Numbered from the stretch's first letter, positions 1-13,296 are shown. The stretch is 64,000 nt of DNA from Octopus bimaculoides (GCF_001194135.2 NC_068996.1:49826309-49890308), one strand, 5' to 3'. A program made the numbers and translations. The notes: generated by a model from the sequence alone, not told the origin.

Positions 1-959
1 TATTTTCAAAATAGTTTTTAAAAAAAGTGATTTACCAGTTTGAACAATTGTTTTCAATGCTGAATGTGCTAACTTTAACCATCCAACTGTAAAAGAGGAA
101 CAGGTTTTGTTTGGTCAGACAAATTGAATCAAAATGATTTTAAGAACCCTCAGAGATACAACATAATGACAACAGATAAATTAGAACTTGCAGTTCTAAT
201 CTTAGCCTTGGTCATAAAAAAAAAAACCCTACAAAAAATATATGCAGCAGCAGTAGTACCAGTGTCACTGTTGCCACCACCACCACCACAAACATCATCA
301 TTGTCATCACCACCCTATTTAATGACTTTTCCATCCTGCTATGGTTTGGGCAGTTTGACAGAATCCTGAATGAGAAAAACTGCATCTGAAAACTGCAGTG
401 TGTTCCTATATCTGCTTTGGCAATGATTCTTTAGTCAGATCCCTTCCTAAGAGCAACCATTTTACAGAATGCACTGGGTTTTCTTTCTATTTTTTTTTGT
501 TTTTTGCACCTGTGTGGTTGCCTTGCAACTTTATAGACTAAGAGTGCAAAGGGCTCCTATACCTGGGTGAGAGAGAGGAGAGCGCAATGATTGCAAGCAG
601 AGTGATAAGAAAGATGTAGCAAAGTATGACATGGTGACAGATTTATAGTTGTGAAAGGGCAGTCATGGTGAGTAACAGAGTAGAAACTATTAAAGGAAGA
701 ACAAAAAGGGCAGAGAAAACTGTTATTAATAGAGAATTCACAGCACAACATACTACAAGAAATTTGAAATTATTGTAGCATAGACAGGTTTATAACTTTC
801 AAGTGCATCGCAATACAATGTAGATAAAAATATTTAACACCTGGATAAAATAAATTTCATAACCATATTTTTATCATTTTATGATTTAAGACAATTCAAA
901 CAATATCAAAATAGGTTAGAAATGGCCCTTAAAACTTTGTCATAGTGAATTGTTTCCTC

Positions 960-1263
960 ATTGCCTCCGCCACGCTGGATGGATTCGGATGAAACTTTCA
1001 GGGATGTTTTGGCCTCATGACTGGCATGAACTGATTAGATTTTGGGCTCGATCCAGTACCAGACAAGGATTCCAGATCATTTTTCCATTTTTTAAAACTT
1101 AATTTTTAGAGTGGTCGGGTTCATTTTTAGTATTCTCGTTTGTGAGAGCAGTTGAGTTTATTTCAGATATTCTCATTTAAAAAATCATCTCTGGCTAATC
1201 ATTGAGAGGACGTTGGTGTTGCATTGGCGGAGGTTTGTTACTCACTGAGTGAGTGCTCTTGTT
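960..1263 (+). mobile_element. Non-autonomous Helentron-like (HINE-type) element, copy 1
   Basis: Sub-terminal inverted repeats cctccgcca (964-972) / tggcggagg (1225-1233), 3' hairpin actcac-tga-gtgagt (1240-1254); second copy at 52572-52880. Classification is from recalled structure only. Confidence 0.55.
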
Positions 1264-2259
1264 CTATACTGTTTCCTGTCTCCTCTCTTTTCCATAATCT
1301 TACAGAACACTTTCACTGGAAACTTCACATTATACCCTCATATCATTGGATCACCCATAAACTGGAAGTCCATTTTTTCTCTTTTCTTACCTTTCCTACC
1401 CAATTAATGACTAAGAAAATTGAAGACTGGTTCTTATAACTTTTAGCAAATGTGGACCAAATTAAATCCAGTGTAGTATAAGTACTTGATTGAATCTAGA
1501 AGAATAAAGGACAAAAACCAATACTGTCTTTAAAAAAATCCAAATATTAATCACATTGATGTAACCATAAGCTTCAAACAGTAATTCATACCTCACCCTC
1601 CCCACAATGTGGATAAGGTGTAATTAATAGAAGCACACTCAAGACAGTAATTCAAACTTTGGGATCATGGTTTTGCAGGTATTAATCAGTGATATTTCAA
1701 ACAGACAACTTGTTCCTCGTTTTTTTTTTTGATTTATGTAAAACTGCCTTCTTTTATAATTAAGCTGTTCTTTCACATTATCTATATTATAGTAAGTTAG
1801 GCTATGAGACTGTAAATGTGCTTCAGTAGAAGCATCAACTGGTGCACAGCCTATCAGCCAGAGACAACTGTGAGTACAACTATAATCATAAGATATTTTG
1901 CGGACATAAATAGATAATCTAATTGTTACCTTATCAACACCTGAGTAGAGGTAATAAGGTTCAATCTAATCAATAAGAAAATAATAATAGAAGAATTTAT
2001 GTTACTATTCCCAATGTAAGGATGCTTTGTGGTCAAAGAAAATCATCAACATCAAGGAAGGATCAAGTTCTGACCCCTACACTGCATTCTTGATCTCATT
2101 ATCAATAAACTATCCTATCTTTCACTTAAAAGTATTGATTTTTTGCGTGGGTTTGATATCGTCAAGCAAACTATTGTACATGCAGAAAAATCTAACATGT
2201 TCTCCAATATATTTAGACTAACCCTATCAATAAATATGTTCTGATTTCTACTTTCTCTA

Positions 2260-2350
2260 TCATTCACTTGGAAGTTGGTAATTTTCTTTGATAAGAAAGG
2301 CATGTACTATATTGGACAGGTGTTTATGAGTAAATAATGATAGCTTTCTC
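2260..2350 (-). CDS. KIBRA: Candidate terminal KIBRA exon: (R)RKLSLFTHKHLSNIVHAFLIKENYQLPSE*
   Basis: NAGNAG acceptor (cag tag), phase fits, KLSLFT resembles KMAFFT; but no C-terminal PDZ motif, so tentative. Confidence 0.5.
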
Positions 2351-2669
2351 CTACTGATTTGGAAGATATTTGAAATTTTGTCAGATTAAAATTAAAAATT
2401 ACTGGTCTTATTTGTGTACAAATAGGGAAGTAAACAAAAATGGAAGGGGATCCTTCATAATTTAATTAATAATGAGATGATAATAACTGAGGAAAAAAAT
2501 ACAATTGTTAAATACAGAATATATAGAAATTAAAAAGAGATATATGAGAATAATTTTATAATGAATATAGCTAAAACAGCACAGTCCATAGATTCTATCT
2601 AAACAAATTATATAACAAAAAAGGTATAAAAACAATTTGAGACAATAAGAAAAGGGAGGTTTTACTCAC

Positions 2670-2791
2670 CTGAAAGCATTCGGGAAATAATTCTTTTGAA
2701 TCTTTTCAACATCTCTAGTAACTTTTTTCATAATTTGTTCAGCACGTTTATTTTGCTTTGAGTTGTCGGGATCATTTTCACTTTTGTGAGC
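2670..2791 (-). CDS. KIBRA: KIBRA penultimate exon (122 nt): AHKSENDPDNSKQNKRAEQIMKKVTRDVEKIQKNYFPNAF(R)
   Basis: Acceptor ttggttgtag, donor gtgagt; phase 0 to 2; resembles DKMMRAAAKDVHRLR...SFR. Confidence 0.85.
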
Positions 2792-4689
2792 CTACAACCA
2801 AATTAAAATGGTTATCAGTTTAAGTAAAATAATTTAACAAACTAATAAGCAACTGAAGACAAGCAATTTCTAAATATTTTCTATAATAATGATTATGAAA
2901 TATAATTTTTGTACTTAAAACAATGATTATATATATAAAAAAAAATCATAACAAAAAATCAGTATAAGTTTCCCCTATTTATTTGATGGCATTTGAATTA
3001 AGTTTGATTATTTAATAATATAATATTTTAGACAGGATAATATGAAATTGTATTTTAAAAAATATATACTAAAAAAAAAGTAGGGGTGGCGGTGGCATGT
3101 AAAAATGTCTTTTATAAATAAATTCTTGGATAAAAATCCAACTGAAAGAGAGACTAAATTAGTCTACTCATAACTATTTAATTTTCTACACACAAAGTTA
3201 CAACTCAATTCTTTTGTCAGTTATCTTAAGGTCTTAAAAGTTTAGGAAGCAACATAGCTTACTATTTATAATGTCAGCAACATTTATCTGAAGAACATAA
3301 CGACTGGAAAATCAAACATGAAAAAAATTAATAACTTCATAGATCTTTGCTTTACATTAGATATTGAGGGATGTTTAGTTTAATTTGAAATGTCTGAAAC
3401 ACGTTCTCAAGCTAAAAACAATGCAACTAAGAGAAACAAGAGAGAGATATAAAAGTTAATAAAAGGTTCTAGTTTAGTAAACTAAACCATGCATCAAAAT
3501 ATTGGAAAAATAATAAGAAAACTTTATGAAAATTATTTTTAATCTTCTTTTTTTTCTCAGGCAATGCAAAATAACGAAGGTCAAATGTAGAAGAGATTTC
3601 AAATGAAGCGTGCAAACAAGATTTTGTAGAATGTTTGAAAATTAAATGTTTTTTTCTCAAGTATTATATTGATAAAAATTCAAAATTGTTGACATCTTTG
3701 AAAAAATTAAAAGGGGTTTCTCAGAAACTATATCCAATATATAACAGTTTCATTTATTTATCTGCTTTTAAATGAAAAAGAATTACAAATAAATATATGC
3801 ATTTTAAAACATATATAAATGAACAAATGAAATTTGTATCTGGCTAACAGTTAAACATGACAATATCCTTAAACAAATACAGCAAACCAGAATAAATCTA
3901 AAAATGACTCAAACATTTAAAAAAATCTTTTTAAAAAAAATTTTTTTTTTTAAACCAGAAACTTAAAACACTAATTCAGAAATCAAATTCAACTTTAGAA
4001 ATCAAAATTCCATGTGAATAAATCAAGCATGGACCTAATATTATGTTGAAAATATAACATGAATGAATTTTTAAATCATGCAAAAGAAACTAGCCTTGGA
4101 AAATACTATCCATGCAAGGGTATTAAGAAAAACAAACAAGTTCTTACAGACTTTCCACTCGAAACTATACTCTGAAATGAAAAGGTAAGCTATAAGGCTA
4201 ACTACTAAAGTTTATGACAAATTATTTAGAAATTATATTAATTGCATCACCGTTGTATAATGTAGGTCATTTAAAATACACATACATACTGGTATATTTA
4301 CTTCTTTTATTATTTGGTGGTGGTATAATTATCATTATATACGACATATGTAGATGCAGGTATGATCATGTGGTTTAAGAAGTTCGCTCTGGAATCATGT
4401 GGTTTTTATGGTTCATTCTCAATTTGTTGTGACTATCAGTTGATGTCTTCTAAGATAGCTGCAGCTTGACCTCTGCTGTGTGAGTGAAATTTGGTAGACA
4501 GAAACTGGAAAAAGCTGGTCATAAATTGACCCCAGTATTTTTGTCTCAACAAGTTTGGTCTGATCCAAGCAAGTATGGAAAAGTGAATGTTATGATGATG
4601 ATGATGATGATGACGTACTATTATACAGTACATAAAACAAAATTAAATATATCATCATATGATAGTCAACAGGACTATCATAATGTCTG

Positions 4690-5065
4690 TTTTAAGTTTA
4701 ATTTCAACATATGGTCTTATAAAAATCCTTTGTCAAATGTAACAAAGAAATATATATATATTATATATATTTATATATACACACACTAAAGATATACTCA
4801 CAGAGTGCATGTTTAATGCCATAACCAAAAACACAATTATTAAAACTAAATGAAATATTTAGTTTTAGTTAAAAAATATTAATTTATGGCTTTCAACTAA
4901 CAGGAAGAACAGAATAAAATACAGAAGGCAGACTCAGTAGTATTTGAATTATGTCCCTTTACAGGCTGAAGTTTAAAACTGCCTTTCAAATGGTCGACAT
5001 GAATCTATTTTAATTTAATTTTAATGTAAGGACCACTAAAATCCTTTGTCAAATGTAACAAAGAA

Positions 5066-5102
<37 letters not shown>

Positions 5103-5150
5103 TACACTAAAGATATACACAGACTTCATGTCTAATGCCATAACCAAAAC
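4690..5150. repeat. Local direct duplication (4690-4830 and 5008-5150)
   Basis: aaaatcctttgtcaaatgtaacaaagaaa(ta)n...ctaaagatata...atgccataaccaaaa in both. Confidence 0.85.
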
Positions 5151-6100
5151 CTCAAGTATGAAAACAATTTTTTATGTGTATGTGTGTGTGTGGGGGGTTA
5201 TAAAATAAAGCATCAGTCGAGTATTAGGATTCATTTAAGCAATTATACTCCTCAATCAAGATATGTGACCATGTACCTAAGCTTGGAATTACTATTATTT
5301 TTTTAATTTAGGGGACAACCAAATTTTGCAGACAGAATATTTTACATAGAAACAAAAAGCAAGTGAATCTAGAAGGTCTATATAAATAGTTCATACCATC
5401 ATAGCTACATGTGTCAGAAGGTTTCACAAGCATGCAAGTAGCAAACCTAAAATAGGCAAACTTATTACAAATCTGTCTTAATCAGCCATGTATCTTACGT
5501 CTTTCAAATGGAATGGAATCACTACTCCACAAATAGGGATTTACTATAGATTCCACTATTTCCATTCTATGCCAAAGTGAAATCGTGCAAAATCATTCTC
5601 TGCAAGACCCTTTTTTAAAAAAATATTTTTATAAAATGTAATCAACAGTTTTTACATTTTCCAGCAATACTAAAAGCAACTTGATTTTTCATGTCCTTCA
5701 TTCCTAATTTTAACATTACAAATGTTCAGAAGTTAGCTCAATATATATATATATATATGTTGTCAGTTACTTCTAAAGTTACTGACATTCATTCAAAATG
5801 CAAAATAAATGCTGTAGCTTCAAAGAAAATTTCAAACAGTAAAAGATAGCATCTGTTATAGAACTCATTTAGTTATTATGTCTGATTGTAATGAATCATC
5901 TCAACTTCACACTCAGTCTTGGTGGTAGACACCAGAGTAAATTTTTTCCTCCTTCCATTCAATTTTCCCATTTCAAAAGCTAATGCTTTAATGCTTCTTT
6001 CATCACAACAAAACAGATACAACTGAGTCGACAATTGTTCCTTCTTTCTTGTAAACAGATATCATTGTCAGATTAAAACTGGCAAAAATTTCACCCTCTA

Positions 6101-6313
6101 AATTCTTCTCTACTCTAGGCACAAGGCCCGAAATTTTGGTGGAGGGAGCCAGTCAATTAGACAGACCCCAGTATGCAACTGGTACTCAATTTATCAACCC
6201 TGAAAGGATGAAAGGCAAAGTTGACCTCAGTGGAATTTGAACTCAGGACGTAAAGACAGATGAAATACCGCTAAGCATTTTGCCCAGCGTGCTAATGTTT
6301 CTGCCAGCTCACT
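6101..6313 (-). mobile_element. SINE-A (tRNA-headed; central GGTCGACTTTGCCTTTCATCCTTTCGGGGTCGATAAA segment resembling a MetaSINE-type domain)
   Basis: Box B gagttcaaattcc; same sequence at 9310-9705 (two copies), 12900-13100, 15311-15525, 23085-23240 (all -) and 20994-21139, 50226-50330 (+). Domain name is recollection, not verified. Confidence 0.85.
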
Positions 6314-7626
6314 GTCTTTCACCTTCTAAATTGTTCTCGTCTTCACCTTTTAGTCAACGGAAACATGCATCATCCTACATCTTCATTTACTCTCTTTTAT
6401 TCCAATTTCCTAAATACTTTTAAGCAGATATTAACTGGTGACTGTTTTTATGTTACAATGATTATCCAGGACCAACAAGATTTTCATGGTTAAATTCCTT
6501 TTGTAATAAAACACCACATGTCAAATCAAACTAACTGTTTAGAACTATAAATTAAAACATCTTCCTTTGAAACCATCAATTTCTTTAAGAATCTATAATC
6601 AAACTACTCACATTTGCTAATATATCTACCAAACCATGTATCTACTTTATTTTTCCTTTACTATACACGAAGCTTTAACATACCTACACTACTCCTACTT
6701 GTAGCCTCCTTAACCCTTCAACATTCAGATTATTCTGTAAAATGTAATTCTTATTAAGCCTCAATTTTTTGAATTAATCATGCTTCATCTCATAGCTTTG
6801 AGATTTTGATGATGTGATTTTTTATTTTTAGAATGACATTGTAGGGTAGATGTGAGAGGCCAGAAATGGCTGGTTTGAACACAAAACACGTAGAATATTA
6901 GAGGTGGATATGACCAGTCTAAAAGCTAAAGAATTAAGCTTTACTCTGTCAAATGACATATTATTCTGTCAAATGTAATGCTGTAATGCTTATTTATTCA
7001 CATTGTTTTAAATTAATCATGTTTTATCTCATAGCATTGAGATTGTGATAATGTGGTTGTTTATTTTCAGAATGACATTGTAGGAGTAGTGTGAGAAAGC
7101 AGATCTGGCTGGTTTGAACATTAAACAGGTAGAATATTCGGGCCAAATATAACTAGTTTAAGATCTATAACTAGTTTAAAATCTAAAAGTAAAATTTAAC
7201 AAGAAAGCACAAACATTATATATCCTATTTCTTGTGAAAATTTCCTCAAAGACTTTTTTGTCAATGATGTATCTAAGACTACGACTGCTCAGTTTTTTTG
7301 AGAGTAAAAGCTTAAATCCTTAAAAATCAGAAGCTGATCTCTAAAACTAAACTGATAATAAAACTCTATTCCTCTGGGTTAAACCTCTAGCTTAACAGAA
7401 TCAATAATCAAGTAAAAAAAAAAAGAAAACGTACCATTTTGAACTTTAAAAAATGAACTTACTAAAATATTTTCTTTTCAAACTGGTATAACAAATGCAG
7501 TTAGATATTGTCTAGCATTGTGTAGGCAAACATGTTAAAGCATTGAAGAGAACTAAATATGTCATAAAGCAATATGTCCAGTAGAAAAATTAAGCAACAA
7601 AGAAAATTAAAAAAACAAAAACGTAC

Positions 7627-7700
7627 TAGTTTATCAGCTTCAGATAAAAGCCTTTGGAAATTTTCATCATCTGTAAGCCAACTTGGTAGTTCATTTGCTC
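7627..7700 (-). CDS. KIBRA: KIBRA exon (74 nt): (G)ANELPSWLTDDENFQRLLSEADKL
   Basis: Acceptor aatctttcag, donor gtacgt; phase 1 to 0; resembles GEKELPQWLREDERFRLLL. Confidence 0.93.
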
Positions 7701-9309
7701 CTGAAAGATTAGAAGGAAATTATAATTCAACAAATGTTTGTTATTACAGGAAAACTTTTGGAAGTAATCAGTATGGCTTGAAAATTAAAATAAATTTAAA
7801 TTTAAGAATTATTACAATTTATAGACCTTTGGAAATATTTAAGAATAAATTTGGAGATCTAACTGAAGAACAAAAGACCTAAACTTGCCCTTCTTACTAA
7901 TATGGAATAAATAGGCAAATGCAAGAGTTTATCAACAGATGTCCCAATGAGGAGACCTGTATGTGATCATTTGATATGCTATGAATAGTAACCAAATCTT
8001 GGAAAATCACACTCTAATGCCTTAAAAAAAAAAAAAAAAAGAACATACTTGAATTATGTAATCCCAGATACACTAAGATGAAATAAAAATGGATGGTTGA
8101 AGCTGCAACATCTTTGATGATAGGTTTACTTGATCAGGGAAGAACTGAGTTTTAACAACTAATGTCAACCTACTTGAGATTGGTAAAAGTACATTTGTCA
8201 CTCACAAGTGAGTATAACTTGGTAGTAGATATCATGCTTGTGCCAATTGTTTCAAGTGCTTTTGCACTACCCTCCCACCCTTGACTTAACAGAACATCCA
8301 AGGTGTGTGACAGCTTGAAGGAGAGAGAGGGAGCTGGTACTCATTTACAGTTGAGCAGATAGGGAACAACAGGAAATGAAGTGCCTTGTTGAAGAACACA
8401 ATGTATCTACCAAACCAGTCCATAATTCAGGCCTACAACAGCCGAATCACTAAGTTATGTGTTTGAGACCATCACCAAATATTTCATACAAAATGTTTTA
8501 AAGTGTTCATATTTAAATCAATAACCTTCATCATAATTTCATGTAAGAAACTTTTTATTATATTGTGTTCCAAAACACCACCTTGATAATGATTGTTACA
8601 CAGGATCATCATCACCTTCATCAATTTAACATCCACTTTTACATGTTTCAACCAGAGTTCAGTGAAACAAACTTTATACAACTGGATGCCCTTGCTGTCA
8701 CCAACCCTTACTGGTTTCCAAGCAAGGTGATATTTTCCTATGGTCAGACATGTTTTCACAGAACATTGGCAATGAATGACAACCATTTACAACAATCAGA
8801 CAGTTTCAACACACACAGTTTCTGTCTACTATTTACCAAATCCATTCAAAGCAATTTTGAAATTAACTGTTTTCAAAATTAATTGAAATGCCCAGCATAA
8901 AAGCAGACAGAATGCTTCATTGTTTTTGCTGTGACTCTCTGCACTTTGAACTAAAATTTTGCCTGAGTCAACTTTGCTTTTTGGGGGTTGGGTGAAAAAA
9001 AAAATCCCAGGCAGTGGACTGGGGAAAATTGTAAGAACAGCAGACAAGATGTCTTACAGTGTTTGTTGCAGCTTTTTGTATTCAGAGTTCAAATCCTGCC
9101 ATGGTTCAATCACTTGGGTGACAGATTTATGTCTCTTGCTTGCTTTAACACTACCACCTAGCCCCTTGAATGCCTTTACAGGAGTCTTAAGCTGTTATAA
9201 GCATTTGGGCCAGGTCTCTAGCTTGAGGATACCTTCCTCCCTCCCACCCACCAATGCACCCAATTAGGAGCCTTGAAAAGAGTCACGGGTAGTGCATTTG
9301 TCTGATTAT

Positions 9310-9705
9310 TGGTTTCAAATTTTTGCACAAGGTGATCATTTTGGAGGAGTGGGTAATTACATTTCATTGACCCCAGTGCCTAACTGGTATCTATTTTATC
9401 AACCCCAAAAGGATGAAAGGGAATGTTGACCTCAGAAACATTTGAAATTGGAATGTAAAGACAGATAAAATGCTACTAATAGATAATATATCCTTTCTAA
9501 TATAGGCACAAAGCCTGAAATTTTGCAGGAGGGGACTAGTCAATTACATCAACCCCTGTGTATAACTGGTACTTATTTCATCAACCCTGAAAGGGTAAAA
9601 AGCAAAATCAACCTCAGTGGAATCTGAACTCAGAATGTAAAGATAGACAAAATGCCACAAAGAATTTTGCCCAGTGTGCTAATGAATCTGTCAACTTGCT
9701 GCCTT
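9310..9705 (-). mobile_element. SINE-A head-to-tail pair
   Basis: Two consecutive copies joined at ...tactaatagataatatatcctttct... Confidence 0.8.
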
Positions 9706-9982
9706 GAAACTATGTACATTATTAAACAGGGTAACAAAAGGGGTTAACAGTTACTGTTTTTGTAGTATTTTCAGTTCCACCCATTCTGTTCAGATATCTA
9801 TCGGTATTAACATACAAACAACAATGTGTACCCTAAATATGCAGTTTTCTAATTTTGAATTCATTCCTTGTCAGTATGTAACACATAAACAGTAATCTAT
9901 ATTCATAATGCACTTCTGTTCTGAAACCATTCCTATTTTGGAATAAAATTGATTGAGACTTATTTTTTATAAAGACACATAC

Positions 9983-10145
9983 CTCTTGCTTTTGCTTCTT
10001 CCATCCCTTTTTTGAGTTCTTTTAATCTGTAAACATCATCTCTTAAATGATTAAGACGTCTTTGGGAGGCTTGAAGATCCAGCTCCAAGTCAACAGACGT
10101 GCGTATTGGCATTTTTCGAAGAGATGAACCAGCTGCACCGGGCAG
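9983..10145 (-). CDS. KIBRA: KIBRA exon (163 nt): LPGAAGSSLRKMPIRTSVDLELDLQASQRRLNHLRDDVYRLKELKKGMEEAKAR(G)
   Basis: Acceptor tttttttag, donor gtatgt; phase 0 to 1; RTSxDLELDLQA. Confidence 0.96.
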
Positions 10146-10397
10146 CTAAAAAAAAAGAGATAAAGAAAAAAAATGAATGTATCAGCAGTAAAAAAGCAGG
10201 TTTTTTAAAATTAAAACTGCAAAGTTTATAGAGAAATAATGTCTAAAGCCCAAACGTTTCTCCTATGATTGAGGGAGAACAGAAGAAAGAGTAGGAGATG
10301 ATGCTATGCTGAGGAATGAAGGAATGGTAAGAGGGAAGATGGAGGAGTATGGCAGGGGACAACAGGGAAGAGGGAAAAATGAAAAATGTTATTTATA

Positions 10398-10616
10398 CGA
10401 GAAGATGCTGAAAATTTTTTGGCTTTAAGGGCATTGTGAGAGGCCTGGTTGGAGGCCCAACCTTCTGAGTTCTTTTACAGGGCTTAGAAAAACTGAAGGA
10501 CTGCTACAAATAAGTGTATGAATCTGAGAGGGGAATATGTTGAATAAAGTCATAATTAACTGATCCTCCTCTATTTGCTTTTGCCCAAAGCCAGGAAATG
10601 TTCAGCATCCCCCTTG
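10398..10616 (+). mobile_element. Mariner-type MITE
   Basis: TA flanks; TIR cgag..tgctgaaaa...tggcttt / aaagccagga...ttcagca; internal LQGLEKLKD...RGEYVE* resembles the mariner transposase C-terminus. Confidence 0.75.
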
Positions 10617-10711
10617 TACTTAGAGAAAAATACAAGCATTTTACAAAACAATAATAATAAAAAAAAAATAAGTGCCAAAGCTAGTTATGAAGAACAAGAA
10701 AATATACTTAC

Positions 10712-10807
10712 CCTTTTCCACCTTAAACTTTGCCGCACTGTAGAGTTTCTTTGGAATGGCCCACGTTTATATAGAGGCATAGAGCTGTCACTATCACTGC
10801 GGTTTAA
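10712..10807 (-). CDS. KIBRA: KIBRA exon (96 nt): LNRSDSDSSMPLYKRGPFQRNSTVRQSLRWKR, aPKC-binding segment
   Basis: Acceptor ctatctacag, donor gtaagt; phase 0 to 0; near-identical to WWC LNRSDSDSS...PFxRNS. Confidence 0.96.
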
Positions 10808-10942
10808 CTGTAGATAGAAAAAGTTTTCATTAAGATATAATTTGACTATCTTTGTTCTTATCATTAGAGTTGATCTGCATATACCACCTTTGTTCATTGT
10901 ATGTATTACACTCATATAATCATAACTATTTATAATTGCTGT

Positions 10943-11316
10943 ACAGGAGAGGCTGTGTGGTAAGTAGCTTGCTTACCAACCACATGGTTCCGGGTTCATT
11001 CTCACTGCGTGGCACCTTAGGCAAGTGTCTTCTACCATAGCCTCGGGCCGACCAAAGCCTTGTGAGTGGATTTGGTAGATGGAAACTGAAAGAAGCCCGT
11101 CGTGTATAAATGGATATATATGTATGTGTGTTTGTCCCCCCAACATCGCTTGACAACTGATGGTGTGTTTACGTCCCCGTAACTTAGCGGTTTGGCAAAA
11201 GGACTGATAGAATAAGTACTAGGCTTACAAAGAGTAAGTCCTGGGGTCGATTTGCTCGACTAAAGGCGGTGCTCCAGCATGGCCGCAGTCAAATGACTGA
11301 AACAAGTAAAGAGTAA
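10943..11316 (+). mobile_element. SINE-C full-length (tRNA head, CORE-like ccttgggcaagt segment, internal TA/TG microsatellite, tail ggtgctccagcatggccgcagtcaaatgactgaaac)
   Basis: Box A ggctgtgtggtaag, box B ggttcattc; many related copies in window. Confidence 0.88.
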
Positions 11317-12104
11317 GAAGATTTGTACTCCACAGCAGAAGTGTTAAGGCCACTCCACTCAGGTGAAGAGGATTGGCGTGAAAGAGTCCTGCGCCAGTAC
11401 CACATAAAGCACTCATGCGGTGCCATGTAAAAGCATCCAGCACACACTGTAAAGTGGTTGGTGTTAGGAAGGGCATCCGGCCATAGAAACCATACCAAAT
11501 CAGACAGGAGCCTATTGCAGCTCTCCAGCTTGCCAACCCTGGTCAGACTGTCCAACCCATGCCAGCATAGACAATGGATGTTAAACAATGATGACAATGA
11601 TGATGATGAATTCTTTACCAGTATAATTACAATTTTTATTTTAATCATATAATATACTTCTATAACTAATAGATGACAAATGTGCTGCTAACATTGCATT
11701 AAAAAAAATCATGATTTTAGTATCAGATTTTGGGATAACACAGAAATCTTTATTGCTGTGTAATGTAATGATTTGCAAAATTTACTCCAACTAAATTTCA
11801 CTTTTTGTCTTCATTCAACCCTTCACTGTACTATTAAAACATTTTTTTTTTGTTTGCTTGTTGCAGTGAGAAAGGAAAAATATTATCCAAAGCTCTGTTT
11901 TAGGTCATCTTCGGCTGGGAGAGGAATAATTATGAGAGGCCAATGCAATTAGGACTAAGTTTGAATATGTTAAAAGTCAGAGGACAAGGAATGAATATAA
12001 GAAAGAAAGAGCACCAGAGGAATAATGTTTTGAGAAAGTGCTAAAGTAAGGATCTCAGGATCTAAATGCAGAAAGAGATAAAACCAAACGGAATGGTGTT
12101 TGGA

Positions 12105-12478
12105 TTCTTTTATTCTTTTACTCATTTCAGTCATTTGACTGTGGCCATGCTGCAGCACTGCCTTAAGGGATTTTAGCTGAACAAATTGATCCCAGGACTT
12201 ATTCTTTGTAAGCCTAGTAGTTATTCTATTGGTCTCTTTTGTTGAATTGCTACGTTATGGGGATGTAAAAACACACTCACATAAATATATATACAAAACA
12301 CACACACATATATATATATATGTATATATGACAGGCTTCTTTCAGTTTCTGTCTACCAAATCCACTCACACGGTTGGTCAGCCTGAGGCTATAGTAGAAA
12401 ACATTTGCTCAAGGTGCCATGCAGTGGGACTGAACCCAGAACCATGTGGTTAGGAAGCAAGTTTCTTACTACATAGCT
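12105..12478 (-). mobile_element. SINE-C copy
   Basis: Reverse complement of 10943-11316. Confidence 0.85.
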
Positions 12479-13296
12479 AAAAGTGAGACAGCCAATAGCC
12501 TAGAAAATAGTAATTTTAGTGGTCTCATTATTTAAACATCTATTTCTCTTGGTATTATTGATCCTCAGAATCACAAATGATGAAAATGGGGAGCTGTTTA
12601 CAAAGGGAAAGTTGAATAACTTTTATATATTTCAGACACAGAGGCCAATCATGAGAAGTGAATGAACCTTTAACTTCTGGTGATGGTTGTTTATGAAGGT
12701 TACTCAACTTTCCGTTTCCACATTGTCAGAATCTTCTCTTCTTTGTTGTTTGTTATTTTACTTCTGTATCACATTGCTCAAGCAAACTACAACATTCTTC
12801 CAATATTCAAAATTTCTTCCTATTATTATAAAGATACACCTGTGAATGTTTTATGAGTACAAAAATAACAAAAACCTTAATTCTGAAGCCTTTAATTATA
12901 AGTTTCAAATTCTGGCACAAGGCCAGCAATTTAAGGTAGACATGACAAGTAGATTGTATTGATCCAAGGTTCAACTGGTACTTATATCAACCATGAAAGG
13001 ATGAAAGGCAAAGTTGACCTCAGTGGAATTTGAACATAGTATGTAATTACAGTTGAAACGCCTCTAGGCATTTTGCCTGGCATGCTAACAATTCTTCCTT
13101 GAACCCTTTAATTACTAACATAAAATTAAAAGTTATCACTAACTGAAAAAAAGAATGACTTTTACAAAGCACTGTAGAATCGACAAAGTTTTCTTAGAAT
13201 TTGATATATCTGTATTAAGTTCCAAGATACACATGCATTTGAAAACCACGAGTAAAGTGATTAGTGTTACATAAAGGAACAGAAAATGTAACTTAC

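Noticed and set aside
33-88. Good acceptor (ttcctcttttacag) near the window start
   Set aside because: The phase-2 frame gives WMVKVSTFSIENNCSNW*, with no WWC similarity.
1338-1383. REKMDFQFMGDPMI* on the minus strand as terminal KIBRA exon
   Set aside because: REKM match is attractive, but the upstream sequence is purine-rich (ggaaaggtaagaaaag) with no acceptor context.
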